The notes: generated by a model from the letters alone, not told the origin. Counted from the first letter of the stretch, positions 9,632 to 19,316 are shown. The stretch: DNA of 64,000 nt from Candidatus Daviesbacteria bacterium (GCA_016184225.1 JACPDA010000004.1:70800-134799), one strand, 5' to 3'. Translations and numbers: made by a program.

Positions 9632-9791
9632 TATTTATGAATCCTAATTGGCTCGAGAATCGTAACACTAATATAACCAAGCAATTGTCTCATATTTTCA
9701 AAGCTTTCTCTGACTTTAGGCTGGTAGCTCAGATTCGAGAGGAGATTGAAAAACTGGAGACGAGTATCGCTCTGGTCAATTCGTAGAATAT

Positions 9792-10316
9792 TTAGCCAAA
9801 TTTTATTCCGCCATAAATAATTCCTGGATCATATATTTTTATCGTATCTTGAACCCTGCTTACTACTACGTTATTTCTCGATACATCTTTTAGCCATTTT
9901 TCTGCCGAATCACAAATATCCCCACAAAAAATATCAACTCTAAGTTGTAAACTTGTTTTCATTCTTTGGCCATTAACATAGTTATTTTGCATATATGTGC
10001 AATGAGGGCCACCTGTCATAAAAATAAATTTTTCTAAAATTTTTTGAGCACGCTGTTTTGTAATATCGTCACTCCCTTCATGTAAAACCGCGCATCGTAA
10101 CGCATAACAATCATTACCAGATAGAAAAGTTGTTCCGTTGTGCTCATATTTAGTACTCATATATTTGTCGAACCAGTCTTTATACCTCTTAGGGGAAGAA
10201 AGATTTGGATGTTCTACTTTACCGCAAATATCTGGAAGTGTGAGGGCCATAAATAACGCGCCATACCAATTCTTATTTTTTATAGATTTTTTTATAGCCT
10301 CGATAAAATCATTCAT
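9792..10316 (-). CDS. hypothetical protein with Rx4H motif (HEPN-like?), paralog of the adjacent gene
   Basis: ...YALRCAVLHEGSDD...; co-oriented and 22 nt from the upstream partner. Confidence 0.3.
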   Translation of the reverse strand: MNDFIEAIKKSIKNKNWYGALFMALTLPDICGKVEHPNLSSPKRYKDWFDKYMSTKYEHNGTTFLSGNDCYALRCAVLHEGSDDITKQRAQKILEKFIFMTGGPHCTYMQNNYVNGQRMKTSLQLRVDIFCGDICDSAEKWLKDVSRNNVVVSRVQDTIKIYDPGIIYGGIKFG

Positions 10317-10338
10317 AACAATACTCCAATATAAAAAC

Positions 10339-10998
10339 TTACTTTATTGAAGGGTCAAGAGTTGTAGTATTTTTGATTGGGCCAGGATATCCACTCGCTC
10401 CACTTGAAAGTGTTGTCGTACGCGTATTTGGAGAACGATATATCTGTCCTTCTCTTAAACTGTCTATTAGGGTTTTGTGTTTTGTTTTAAATCTTTCAAT
10501 CTCATCTAGCGCCTTACTCATCCTTTTCTGATATTTTTCCTCAGTCAATTGTACCTTGAATTTGTCGAGCGAATCCAAAAAATCCATTACTAAAGTTTCA
10601 ACATCCAATATTGCACCAATCCCACTCTGTTTATATACAACAGGCCTCAAATTATTCCTACTAATAGCGCCTCTTGCAAAATACTCATGCGCCAATCCAT
10701 TTCTGAAAATATCTCTCAAAATATCAATCGGGTACTCATTTTTGTGAGTAAAACATTTATCAATGTATTCTGTGGCATTATTGGTAAAGCTCCCTTCTTC
10801 TCCCAATAAAAATCCACCAAGATACTCTATGTAAGCTAGAACGCAAAGAGCAAGAGGAAAATTGATATTGCCAACCGCACCATCTAGAGCAGGAATTTCC
10901 GTTCTCATTCTCTCTAAATCATGCTTAATCCAACCAAAGACTATTTTGTTATGAAAAGTATCTAAATCCATAAAATATTTGGGTATATTAAGTGCCAA
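10339..10998 (-). CDS. hypothetical protein with Rx4H motif (HEPN/Abi-like?)
   Basis: ...DIFRNGLAHEYFARG...; the pattern resembles the HEPN Rx4-6H signature. Confidence 0.35.
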   Translation of the reverse strand: MALNIPKYFMDLDTFHNKIVFGWIKHDLERMRTEIPALDGAVGNINFPLALCVLAYIEYLGGFLLGEEGSFTNNATEYIDKCFTHKNEYPIDILRDIFRNGLAHEYFARGAISRNNLRPVVYKQSGIGAILDVETLVMDFLDSLDKFKVQLTEEKYQKRMSKALDEIERFKTKHKTLIDSLREGQIYRSPNTRTTTLSSGASGYPGPIKNTTTLDPSIK

Positions 10999-11109
10999 CT
11001 GGCTCCCCTGACCTTGAATTATTATACCCCAAAGTTTTGGAGGCTTTCAGCAATAAAAGTTACCTTGGAGAATTAAGACAAAGGTGGCTAGAGATTAAAA
11101 GGTTAAGTC

Positions 11110-11562
11110 CTAGCCTTCCTTCTTAACTAACTCTAACCGGGGTTCTCCATCACCAAAGTAGTTATCCTTCCAGCCAATGATCTTAAACCCCACCTTAAGG
11201 TAAATTCGTAATGCAACACTGTTTTGTGGATGGACAACCAGTTCCGCCTTTTTAATATTTTGGATTTGGTCCATCACCCATCTCATAGCCTCAGTTCCAT
11301 ATCCTTTACCAGTACAACTGGGGACAATAGCCAAACCATCGATATGTGCAAGCTCCTGGCCCTTAGTATTAAAGGCTACTGTTCCCACTGGCTGTTCATC
11401 TTCCATCACTAAAAATACCTGGTCTTTTTGTAAATAGTCCTTAATCTCCTTTTCAGACTCATAGGCAAGGAAAAATCGGGGTGAAACAGAAGCAGCCTCT
11501 TTTTCTAAATCCCGGACCAATTCCCAGTCGTTCTCAGTAGCTTTTCTATAGCTTAAACTCAT
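11110..11562 (-). CDS. GNAT-family N-acetyltransferase
   Basis: acetyl-CoA binding block ...IDGLAIVPSCTGKGYGTEAM... Confidence 0.8.
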   Translation of the reverse strand: MSLSYRKATENDWELVRDLEKEAASVSPRFFLAYESEKEIKDYLQKDQVFLVMEDEQPVGTVAFNTKGQELAHIDGLAIVPSCTGKGYGTEAMRWVMDQIQNIKKAELVVHPQNSVALRIYLKVGFKIIGWKDNYFGDGEPRLELVKKEG

Positions 11563-12191
11563 ATTACACTCACTTCATTTAAGTAATGTTGAATTTCCTC
11601 AAATATAATCCTGTGACCCTCTGTAGTAGGGTGTAAACCGTCAGTAAGCAGTGCCTGGTATCTTTCTTCGGGGAATTTACTCATAACCTCAACGAAAGGA
11701 ATATTTTGCTCTTTACTAACTTCTTTTAGAACTTCTTCATATTTCTTAACAAATTCAATCCTGTATGCTTTACCCGGGGTCCACGGGGTAGGATCAACTC
11801 TTTGGTCAACGGGGGTTAGACCAACAAAAATCAGATCTGCACCGTTTTGTTTAGATTGATTGATTAAAGTTACTAAATTTTTCCTGTAATCCTCTGGCAC
11901 TACCCTATGCTGATTTTCTTCTAAAACAAATTGAGAATCGTTTATACCAATTTCAATTAGTATTAAGGTCTTTTCTTCCTCATCTATTCTAGCCTTAACT
12001 TCGGTATCAAACCTTTCTAGTAGATCAGTAGTTTTGTCCCCGGAAACACCTAAACAATAAGCAGCAGTGTAATCGTCGAAATTAGCCTCGACCGCCTTAC
12101 TATCACAATAGCTTTTTAATCTTTGTGCCCAACCACCTTCTTTATCCCATGCGCCCCAAGTAATACTTGAACCAAATATAAGTAGATTCAT
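11559..12191 (-). CDS. SGNH/GDSL hydrolase
   Basis: block I FGSSIT (GDS(L)-like), block III GINDS, block V DGLHPT. Confidence 0.75.
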   Translation of the reverse strand: MNLLIFGSSITWGAWDKEGGWAQRLKSYCDSKAVEANFDDYTAAYCLGVSGDKTTDLLERFDTEVKARIDEEEKTLILIEIGINDSQFVLEENQHRVVPEDYRKNLVTLINQSKQNGADLIFVGLTPVDQRVDPTPWTPGKAYRIEFVKKYEEVLKEVSKEQNIPFVEVMSKFPEERYQALLTDGLHPTTEGHRIIFEEIQHYLNEVSVI

Positions 12192-12192
12192 T

Positions 12193-12759
12193 TTATTTTT
12201 CCATCTCCATAATCGCTTCTAAAACCTCCGGTAACGAGGTTACACTTTTTGTGTCATCTACTGGACCAGAAAAATGACCCTTATTATGTTTAATAATTAG
12301 CTTCGCCCCCAGTTTTTCTTTGAAAATATCACCATGTTTTAAGGGTACATAAGGATCATTATCTGAATGAATCGCTATGAAGCGGCTGGCTTTGCCTTTT
12401 ATCTTTTCAAAATCAATTGGAGTTTCAAAAAAGTTTTCAAGCTCTTTATAACCCAAGTTATCAGTAAAACCGGCAACCATAATTACACCGCCTATTTTCT
12501 TGCCTTCCGCCAATTGTTCTAAGTATCGGAGAATAGTAATTACTCCCGCACTATGGCCAACCAAATATAAATCTCCATCTGCTTCGCCAATTACTTCTTT
12601 AAGTTTTGGCAGCCACAAGGCAAGCTTGGGTAGATTTGTTTCTGGCATAACAGGAACTAAAACCTCGAAACCTTTTGCTTCAAGTGCTCTTTTAGTTTGG
12701 GGATACCAACAATACTCCGGATAACCATCCCAACAATGTACTATTACTGCTCTTTTCAT
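12193..12759 (-). CDS. alpha/beta-hydrolase-fold serine hydrolase (YdeN/RBBP9-like)
   Basis: nucleophile elbow LVGHSAG; size 188 aa. Confidence 0.6.
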   Translation of the reverse strand: MKRAVIVHCWDGYPEYCWYPQTKRALEAKGFEVLVPVMPETNLPKLALWLPKLKEVIGEADGDLYLVGHSAGVITILRYLEQLAEGKKIGGVIMVAGFTDNLGYKELENFFETPIDFEKIKGKASRFIAIHSDNDPYVPLKHGDIFKEKLGAKLIIKHNKGHFSGPVDDTKSVTSLPEVLEAIMEMEK

Positions 12760-12761
12760 AT

Positions 12762-13979
12762 TTATTTAAAATAAGTTTCATTGGCAAATTTGACTTGTTC
12801 AACAAACAACCTTTTAACATGGACAATACTTAACTGCTCATAAAAAAGTATTAAGGCCTTCTTAAATTCCTCTTCATCCACACTCCTGTAGGATAAAGGG
12901 TAAAGATCCCAGGCCAGCAAAATAGCGTTGGTTAACATCCTTCCTGTCCTTTTATTCCCATCAGAATAGGGCTGAAGGTAAGGAATCATAAAATGGGCAA
13001 TTAAGGCCTTCTCAAAAGGATCTTGAGTCAAATTTATTACTTTCACTATTCTCTCAAATGCCTCTTTTATTTGAAATTCATTGTCAGGCGGTCTATAAAG
13101 AGTGCCTGTTATGCCGACTGCTTGTTTTCTAATTCCAGTCGAAATAGATAAATCCTTAACTAAAATATTATGCAGTTGATTAATGACTGAAGTAGAAATT
13201 ACTTGAAAATCATTTTTATTTTTAAGTATGGTATCAAAAGCTAATTTATGATTTAAAATCATGATAGCCTCATCCTTGGTTTTACCCCTTGCTTCTTCTT
13301 GCTCCTTGATTAAACTTTCTGTTTCTAGAAGGGTATAAGTGTTGCCTTCAATTTTGGACGATTTCCAAGACAATTCAATGACAAATCTTTCCAGTTCCCT
13401 TTGTAAGATGTCTGGTTCTAAATGGCTGGTTTTTTGTTGAAAACTGAACTTCGATTTTTGCAAATCAGCCAGTTCGTTGGGTAATAAAAGATTATGCAGA
13501 AATTTAAATACACTCTCATCAAAACCTTTTTTAACATCTGCTCTTTTATCAGGATCCAGGGCAAAATACTGTTCAAGATCAAAATAGCGCAAGAGTGGAT
13601 TATCTGCAATAGATAAGTAACGAGTTGCCTTTGCGCGACCAACAATTTTTATCAGCTTAGCGCTAAGAAGAATATTCAAATCCCGGATTAATGTTGGTTT
13701 AGAAATTGGGTATAATTCTGCAACTTTTCCCTGGATTTCTTCTCTTAACAACCCTTCTGATTGGTTGATGATATTTAAAATATAACTTTGCCTTGGGGTA
13801 ATCGTATCACTCATATACATCAATCGTATCATATTGAGACGATCTGTCAAGAGGTTATAATAGACAAGGCCTGTTACAACGCTTCGCGTTATAATAACTA
13901 ATTCCAGCTCGAGAATCGTAACTCTAATATAACCACACAAGTTGCCTAAACTTGATATATTAATGACACTTGGCTCCAT
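12762..13979 (-). CDS. Fic-family protein (second paralog); real start probably an internal Met near 13814-13832
   Basis: Fic-like motif ...QPYSDGNKRTGR...; the N-terminal 50 codons of the longest ORF cover a conserved upstream element. Confidence 0.65.
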   Translation of the reverse strand: MEPSVINISSLGNLCGYIRVTILELELVIITRSVVTGLVYYNLLTDRLNMIRLMYMSDTITPRQSYILNIINQSEGLLREEIQGKVAELYPISKPTLIRDLNILLSAKLIKIVGRAKATRYLSIADNPLLRYFDLEQYFALDPDKRADVKKGFDESVFKFLHNLLLPNELADLQKSKFSFQQKTSHLEPDILQRELERFVIELSWKSSKIEGNTYTLLETESLIKEQEEARGKTKDEAIMILNHKLAFDTILKNKNDFQVISTSVINQLHNILVKDLSISTGIRKQAVGITGTLYRPPDNEFQIKEAFERIVKVINLTQDPFEKALIAHFMIPYLQPYSDGNKRTGRMLTNAILLAWDLYPLSYRSVDEEEFKKALILFYEQLSIVHVKRLFVEQVKFANETYFK

Positions 13980-14016
13980 CTGATGGAACCATTCGGAACC
14001 TATTTTCAGTTAAATA

Positions 14017-14661
14017 CTATTTCCTTAATTTCACCGTCTCATTGAATTTATCTTCGGAAATATTTCCAAATGCATGTTTTTTAACAAATAATTCATCACC
14101 AGTTTTCTTTAAAACTTTTAATCTTTCATTGTCGGGGTACAAAACCAACAACCTGTCCAAAAAGGAAGGTATTCCCAACGTTCTTCTGCCTTTAATAACT
14201 TGAGCAGCACTTTTAATCATCTTTTTATCGTTTGCTACAAGTGTTAATTGGGGATGATTTTGGCATACCAATATCTGTGCATAATCTGTCGCAGAAATGC
14301 TGTTGAGAACAATATATTTTATTTCCCCATCTTCACTTATCAAAAATCTATTTTCTTTCCGACTTCTATCCATTGATGACTCCACGTTAAGTATATGATT
14401 CAAAAAACTACCCAATTGTGTTGGGTTTATTGCTTTTGAACCCTGCATTAATTCAGAAAGAACATCATTTAGTACAAAAAAGGTAACATCAGGACATTCT
14501 TCAATAGCTTTAAATATGCTTGCCCCACAGTACTTATGCATTTCTTGGAAATAAAGTATCGTGCTAGTATCGAAAAGGAAGTTGTATTTTTTACCCTTAG
14601 ATAAAAGCAATTTGTTATTTTCCTCCATAGGGAAGGACGTTCTAAATATTAGGGTGTCCAT
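14017..14661 (-). CDS. hypothetical protein, possibly PIN-like
   Basis: ...KKYNFLFDTSTILYF... with further acidic positions; weak. Confidence 0.3.
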   Translation of the reverse strand: MDTLIFRTSFPMEENNKLLLSKGKKYNFLFDTSTILYFQEMHKYCGASIFKAIEECPDVTFFVLNDVLSELMQGSKAINPTQLGSFLNHILNVESSMDRSRKENRFLISEDGEIKYIVLNSISATDYAQILVCQNHPQLTLVANDKKMIKSAAQVIKGRRTLGIPSFLDRLLVLYPDNERLKVLKKTGDELFVKKHAFGNISEDKFNETVKLRK

Positions 14662-14711
14662 CTGTCTAAGATACCAGAAAATAAAACAAAACTTGGTATA
14701 TTAAATGCCAC

Positions 14712-14994
14712 TTGGCTCCTCGACCTGGATTCGAACCAGGAACCTTCTCGTTACACAAATCCCCATATTTCTATGAAGCGTGGACTATCTCATCTCCTTA
14801 TCCAAATACTTTTAGAGTTAGGAGTCGGATTATTAGTCTCTGAACCTTCCCACCTCTTATGGGAGTGGCTGCGGATTACCATCTGCGAATTATTTTGCCA
14901 TTAGGCTTCCCGCAATTAACCCGATTTTCACCCTGAAGTTTCCCTCAGAGGCTGCGTTCTCACAGCGAGCCGCTCTACCGTTGAGCTATCGAGG
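14712..14994 (-). tRNA. tRNA gene interrupted by a group I intron in the anticodon loop; anticodon GUU (Asn) if splicing follows the U·G pair of P1
   Basis: 5' exon: TCCTCGA-TA-GCTCAACGGTAGAGC-G-GCTCG-CTGT. 3' exon: TAA-CGAGA-AGGTT-CCTGG-TTCGAAT-CCAGG-TCGAGGA-G-CCA. The 208-nt insert carries group I P4 (AATTGCGGGAA) and P7 (GTTCAGAGACTA) consensus elements and ends in G. Confidence 0.6.
14753..14960 (-). ncRNA. group I self-splicing intron (about 208 nt) within the tRNA anticodon loop
   Basis: GGGAAACTTCAGGG, TTAATTGCGGGAAGCC and GGTTCAGAGACTAATAATCCGACTCC closely match the Tetrahymena/Anabaena P3-P4 and P7 cores. P1 can form as CTGTG/CGCAG with the U·G at the splice site. Confidence 0.55.
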
Positions 14995-15039
14995 AATATT
15001 AAGTTGTTAAAGTAACTTCTCCCCTCCCCAACCAAAAGA

Positions 15040-15122
15040 AGTTAAAGCGGCGAGCCGCTCCCCCTGGGAGTCATTTAGACTCCCGTCCGCACTTCGTGCA
15101 GGACCCGTTGGAGCTATCGAGG
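15040..15122 (-). pseudogene. partial duplicate of the tRNA 5' exon (acceptor + D-stem) carrying a roughly 45-nt hairpin insertion in the D-loop
   Basis: AATATTCCTCGATAGCTC and GAGCGGCTCGC are shared with the real 5' exon. The insert contains the hairpin GGGAGTC-TAAAT-GACTCCC. Confidence 0.4.
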
Positions 15123-15126
15123 AATA

Positions 15127-15858
15127 TTAATGTACGTCAGCTATTTTATCACCCATCAAAGCTGAAATCCATCCCATTATTTTTCTTTGCTTATCACTAT
15201 CGCTAAACTTAATGGCAAAAACCCCATATTCATGAATATTCTTCCTAATCTTTTTGCTATCAATTTTATTCTTAGCTATATATGTTTTATGAAACTGATC
15301 CTGCGGAATTTCAGTTAATGTTGACCAATACTTCTTTGCCTTTTCTGCATCTAATCCCTCATGTATCCAGATTGCTCCTCTAAACCTAGACATTGGTACC
15401 TCGCAAAATTCTTTGAACCATTTAATCATAAATTTGATAATTTTAGGGTCTGAATTAGCAAGTCCACCATCACCGTCAGCTTTATTTCCCTCACCCGCAT
15501 AAAAAGCAATGCCTGCTAAAAACCTATCTCTTTTATTTACCTCTCCAAGTTCAATTTTAGATTTTTCAAAGATTTCTTTAGTTCTCAAAAGTCTCTTTTG
15601 CCTTTTATTTTCAGCGGCAACCTGTGAACCCTTTCTTTGACCATATATCTTATTTTCAAGAAGCCTCTTTTTTTGAACTTCTGTAAGAACAATATCCCTG
15701 CACCACCTGCTGACTGTATCTTTCGAAACAGAGATTTGTAGCATTATTTCCCCATATGAAAGACCCTTGCGGCGCAGTTCTTGCGCCTCCAATTTCTCCT
15801 CTAGTTTTCCAAAATATCCCATTAACTCCATTATCAATAACGAACTTAGATACGTCAA
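15127..15858 (-). CDS. HTH-domain protein with degenerate LAGLIDADG-like block; candidate intron-associated homing endonuclease (TTG start, or internal MELMGY...)
   Basis: N-terminal HTH LSYGEIMLQISVSKDTVSRWCRD; FLAGIAFYAGEGNKADGDGG; the stop codon abuts the duplicated tRNA 5' fragment. Confidence 0.3.
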   Translation of the reverse strand: MTYLSSLLIMELMGYFGKLEEKLEAQELRRKGLSYGEIMLQISVSKDTVSRWCRDIVLTEVQKKRLLENKIYGQRKGSQVAAENKRQKRLLRTKEIFEKSKIELGEVNKRDRFLAGIAFYAGEGNKADGDGGLANSDPKIIKFMIKWFKEFCEVPMSRFRGAIWIHEGLDAEKAKKYWSTLTEIPQDQFHKTYIAKNKIDSKKIRKNIHEYGVFAIKFSDSDKQRKIMGWISALMGDKIADVH

Positions 15859-15949
15859 GTGAGTAAATATTGATTGGAGGTAAGTATAGTTCGGAATTTG
15901 AATTTTCCAATTAAAAGTAGCAAACTAAATTAGAGAGGGGGTGAGATAA

Positions 15950-16210
15950 ATGAAATTAAATCCTGGTAAAGTAGGTCTGACTGTGGGAGCCTTTGCCGGA
16001 CTTTGGCATGTAGTCTGGGGGATATTGGTGGCCTTGGGATGGGCATCAGCCTTGCAGAGCTGGATTTTGGATCTTCATTTTTTGAATAATCCATTTACTA
16101 TCCAGCCATTTGATATAACCAAGTGGGTAACTTTGATACTCGTTACCGCCATCATAGGCTATATTTTTGGGTTTGTCTTTGCCAACCTTTGGAATAGAAT
16201 CCAGAAATAG
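15950..16210 (+). CDS. small 2-TM membrane protein
   Basis: 86 aa with two hydrophobic helices. Confidence 0.3.
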   Translation: MKLNPGKVGLTVGAFAGLWHVVWGILVALGWASALQSWILDLHFLNNPFTIQPFDITKWVTLILVTAIIGYIFGFVFANLWNRIQK

Positions 16211-16220
16211 AAAATTAAGG

Positions 16221-17309
16221 TTATTCTAGGTAATCCCGAAGCTTTTTGGCACGCGTGGGGTGCTTGAGTTTCCTGATGGCTTTGGCTTCAATTTGCCTGA
16301 TTCTTTCCCTGGTGACCCCAAACTCTTTCCCTACTTCTTCCAGAGTCCGCTGTTTACCGTCTTCCAGCCCAAATCGAAGCTGGAGCACCCTTTTTTCCCG
16401 GGGTGACAGAGAGTCCAAAACTTCATCCAGGTGAATCTTTAATAGCTCTCTGGTGGCCTGTTCATCCGGCTGTAATCCCTGATCAGCGATAAAATCCCCC
16501 AAGTGGGAATCTTCCTCATCCCCTACCGGAGTCTCCAAAGAAGTTGGCTCCTGTGAAACCTTAATAATCTCCCGGGCTTTATTCTCATCTATCCCTAATA
16601 CTTTGGCTACTTCATCCGGGGTAGGTTCCCTACCCAGCTCCTGCATTAATCTCCGCTGGGTCCGGTTAAACCTATTGATTGTTTCCACCATATGGACAGG
16701 GATACGGATAGTCCTGGCCTGGTCGGCAATAGCCCTGGTAATAGCCTGTCTGATCCACCAGGTGGCATAAGTAGAAAATTTATAACCCCTTCTCCAATCA
16801 TATTTATCAACCGCCCTCATCAAACCAATATTGCCCTCTTCAATTAAATCCAACAAGCTCATCCCCCGCCCGACGTATTTTTTGGCTATTGATACTACCA
16901 ACCGCAAATTGGCACTGATCAGCTTATCCCGGGCCCTCTTTTCATTTTTTTCTGCTTTTTTGGCCAGCTCTATCTCGTCTTGTGCTGTTAAAAGCGGAAT
17001 TTTACCGATATCACGAAGGTATTGCCTAACAGGATCTGTCACCGCACCTCCCTCCAGAGTAGATAATATCTCCAACTCTTTTTCCAACTCAGAAGGGGTT
17101 TTACTCTCAGCCTCAAGTTCTTCCGTAGTAGTTTCAAAAACATCAATGTTTTCCGCAATTAACTTAATATAAAACTCGTCTAGCTCTTTTATTGTTTCCT
17201 CCGGCTTTGGGAAAATCTGCAAGATCTCTTCTTGGGTCACAAACCCCCGATCCTTACCTAATTTCAGGAGTTTTTTAACGTCTAATTGTACTTGTTTTTT
17301 CTTAGCCAT
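16221..17309 (-). CDS. rpoD: RNA polymerase sigma-70 factor RpoD
   Basis: region 2.4/3/4 blocks [24 protein letters not shown]..., [20 protein letters not shown]. Confidence 0.9.
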   Translation of the reverse strand: MAKKKQVQLDVKKLLKLGKDRGFVTQEEILQIFPKPEETIKELDEFYIKLIAENIDVFETTTEELEAESKTPSELEKELEILSTLEGGAVTDPVRQYLRDIGKIPLLTAQDEIELAKKAEKNEKRARDKLISANLRLVVSIAKKYVGRGMSLLDLIEEGNIGLMRAVDKYDWRRGYKFSTYATWWIRQAITRAIADQARTIRIPVHMVETINRFNRTQRRLMQELGREPTPDEVAKVLGIDENKAREIIKVSQEPTSLETPVGDEEDSHLGDFIADQGLQPDEQATRELLKIHLDEVLDSLSPREKRVLQLRFGLEDGKQRTLEEVGKEFGVTRERIRQIEAKAIRKLKHPTRAKKLRDYLE

Positions 17310-17320
17310 ATATTTAATTA

Positions 17321-17396
17321 GTCGTCAGCTTTCAGCTTTCAGTCGTCAGATTTTTAATTTTTAGTCTGATAGCTGAAGACTGATGACTGATAGCTA
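17321..17396. repeat. TCAG/CTGA-rich palindromic intergenic repeat (copy 1 of 3), filling the dnaG-stop to rpoD-start spacer
   Basis: The arm gtcgtcagctttcagctttcagtcgtcag is separated by an AT-rich loop from tctgatagctgaagactgatgactgatagct. Related copies lie at 36907-36984 and 60715-60784. Confidence 0.5.
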
Positions 17397-19199
17397 CTAG
17401 AGATTCTTCAACTTTACCGACAAGTCTCTAAACCGCCTGTTCAAAGACTCTACTGTTTCCATCTTATCAAATTCCTGGGCATTCTTGATTTCCAGGGAAA
17501 GTTTTTCTAGGGATGCCTTGATTAAGGCTTTTTTAAGTTCTGAAACTACCCCCTCCAGCTCCTTCTGCCAGTATTTTGCATCAATCAGCTTGCTGTCAAG
17601 TTCTATTAAGTATAATCTATCTATCTCTGAAAGCAACTCTTTTGGCAGGCCGGAGGCAAATTCATTAATATCAAATGCCCTACTCTTAAAAGATATGGAA
17701 TCCAGGTATAATACCAGCAAAACAAAAATCTGGCGCCATTTTTCGGCTAAGAATAATGTTTCCGGAAAATTAGGAAAAAAATTGGATTCCTGTGGCGGAT
17801 GTAGCAGCAAAGTAATTAAATATTCCTCCAACAGCTCCCTTCTTGATTTGATAGAAACCACATTATCAGCAGTGGTTTTCTTCAGCAAATTAACATAGCT
17901 TTTTGAGGTCTCCTGACGGGCTTTTTCTACGCTTTCTCTGATTATTTTTTCTTCGGTTTTCAAGAAGGCTGCCAGCCTTTGGATATAGCGCTCCCTGATT
18001 AAGTCATCCGTAATCTTAGCCCAGATCGGAATTAGCTCGCCCCCGATTTTCCTTAAATCTGCCGCTTTTTTAGTATCATACCTTCTGGCAGTAGAAGTCA
18101 GATAATAATCATAAATAGGAACGGACTGCTCCAGAGCTTTTTGCCAAAGCGCGGGATTCTCGCGGATTACTTCTGCCGCATCCTTCCCGCCCTCAAGTTG
18201 AATTACTTTAATATTTAACCCGGCTTTATCTGCCATTTCAATGCCGCGGCGGGAGGCGCTATCCCCGGCCAAATCCATATCAAAGCCTAGGACAATATCT
18301 TCTGTATATTTTTTAATCAGGTCAATTTGCCCCTCGGTCAAAGCAGTCCCTTTTGAGGCCACAATATTTTTAAAGCCGGCCTGGAAAGAGGCAATCATAT
18401 CCATCTCCCCTTCTACTAAAATAGCCTCTTTTTTATTCCTGATCTCTCCTTTAGCCAGATTAAGACCAAACAGAAAACTACCCTTATCAAAAATTGCAGT
18501 TTGGGGGGTATTTATATACTTTGGTTCGGCAGGAAGTAAAACTCTCCCTGAAAAACCCCGCAATTTTTCCTTGCTGTCAAGTAAGGGGAAAATAATCCTG
18601 CCTCTGAAGCGGTCGTAATTGCCGGATCTCGCGGCTACTCCCAAACCGGAGAGAGTGATTTCCTGGTTGGTAAAACCTCTTTTAAGTAAAAACTTAGTCA
18701 TGGATTCCCAAGAATTGGGGGCATAGCCTAAACCAAATTCTTCAATGGAAGAATCTGTCACCCCCCTGCTTTTAAGGTACTCCAAAGCCTTTTTGCCAAA
18801 GGAGTGTTTGGTGAGCATATAGTGAAAAAATTCCTGGGCTTTTAAATTAACTTCAAATAATCTGTCTTTAAAATCCTTTTTGTCATCAGTTCTTCTCTGC
18901 AAGATAACCCCGGCTTTTTTAGCCAGCATCTCCAAAGCTTCCTTAAATTCCATGCCCTCTTTTTCCATCAAAAAGGTGAAGATGTCGCCTCCGGCCGAAC
19001 AACCAAAACAATGCCAGATCGCTCGTTCCGGAGACACTACAAAAGAAGGGGTCTTTTCCTGATGAAAAGGGCAGTTGGCTTTAAAGTTAACACCTGATTT
19101 TTTTAAAGGGAGATATTCGGAGATTAAATCTACAATATTCAGTTTTTCTTTAATGAGTTCTGTATCATCCATAGCTTTACAATAATCCCAAAGGCTCAT
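17397..19199 (-). CDS. dnaG: DNA primase
   Basis: CHC2 zinc finger CPFHQEKTPSF...HCFGCSAGGD; TOPRIM region. Confidence 0.9.
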   Translation of the reverse strand: MSLWDYCKAMDDTELIKEKLNIVDLISEYLPLKKSGVNFKANCPFHQEKTPSFVVSPERAIWHCFGCSAGGDIFTFLMEKEGMEFKEALEMLAKKAGVILQRRTDDKKDFKDRLFEVNLKAQEFFHYMLTKHSFGKKALEYLKSRGVTDSSIEEFGLGYAPNSWESMTKFLLKRGFTNQEITLSGLGVAARSGNYDRFRGRIIFPLLDSKEKLRGFSGRVLLPAEPKYINTPQTAIFDKGSFLFGLNLAKGEIRNKKEAILVEGEMDMIASFQAGFKNIVASKGTALTEGQIDLIKKYTEDIVLGFDMDLAGDSASRRGIEMADKAGLNIKVIQLEGGKDAAEVIRENPALWQKALEQSVPIYDYYLTSTARRYDTKKAADLRKIGGELIPIWAKITDDLIRERYIQRLAAFLKTEEKIIRESVEKARQETSKSYVNLLKKTTADNVVSIKSRRELLEEYLITLLLHPPQESNFFPNFPETLFLAEKWRQIFVLLVLYLDSISFKSRAFDINEFASGLPKELLSEIDRLYLIELDSKLIDAKYWQKELEGVVSELKKALIKASLEKLSLEIKNAQEFDKMETVESLNRRFRDLSVKLKNL

Positions 19200-19275
19200 G
19201 CGAATTTGTGGCTTTCAGGTATTGCTGGCGCAATTGTACACCAAACAAATCCCAAAAACAAGCCTAAAAGAGGAT

Positions 19276-19307
19276 CTAGTGACTAGAGTCAAGAGTCAAG
19301 GTATAAT
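19276..19307 (+). promoter_or_regulatory. CTAGAGTCAAGAGTC-family repeat ending in a TATAAT -10 box just upstream of tRNA-Ser(GGA)
   Basis: ctagtgactagagtcaagagtcaagg + tataat at 19302-19307, 10 nt before the tRNA 5' end. Confidence 0.4.
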
Positions 19308-19316
19308 ATGTGAACC

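Noticed and set aside
14712-15125. Considered whether the split RNA gene with a GGTTCGAATCC T-arm is a tmRNA rather than a tRNA
   Set aside because: The 5' part has a full canonical D-arm (TAGCTCAACGGTAGAGC), which tmRNAs lack. A separate, well-formed tmRNA sits next to smpB at 36.0-36.4 kb.
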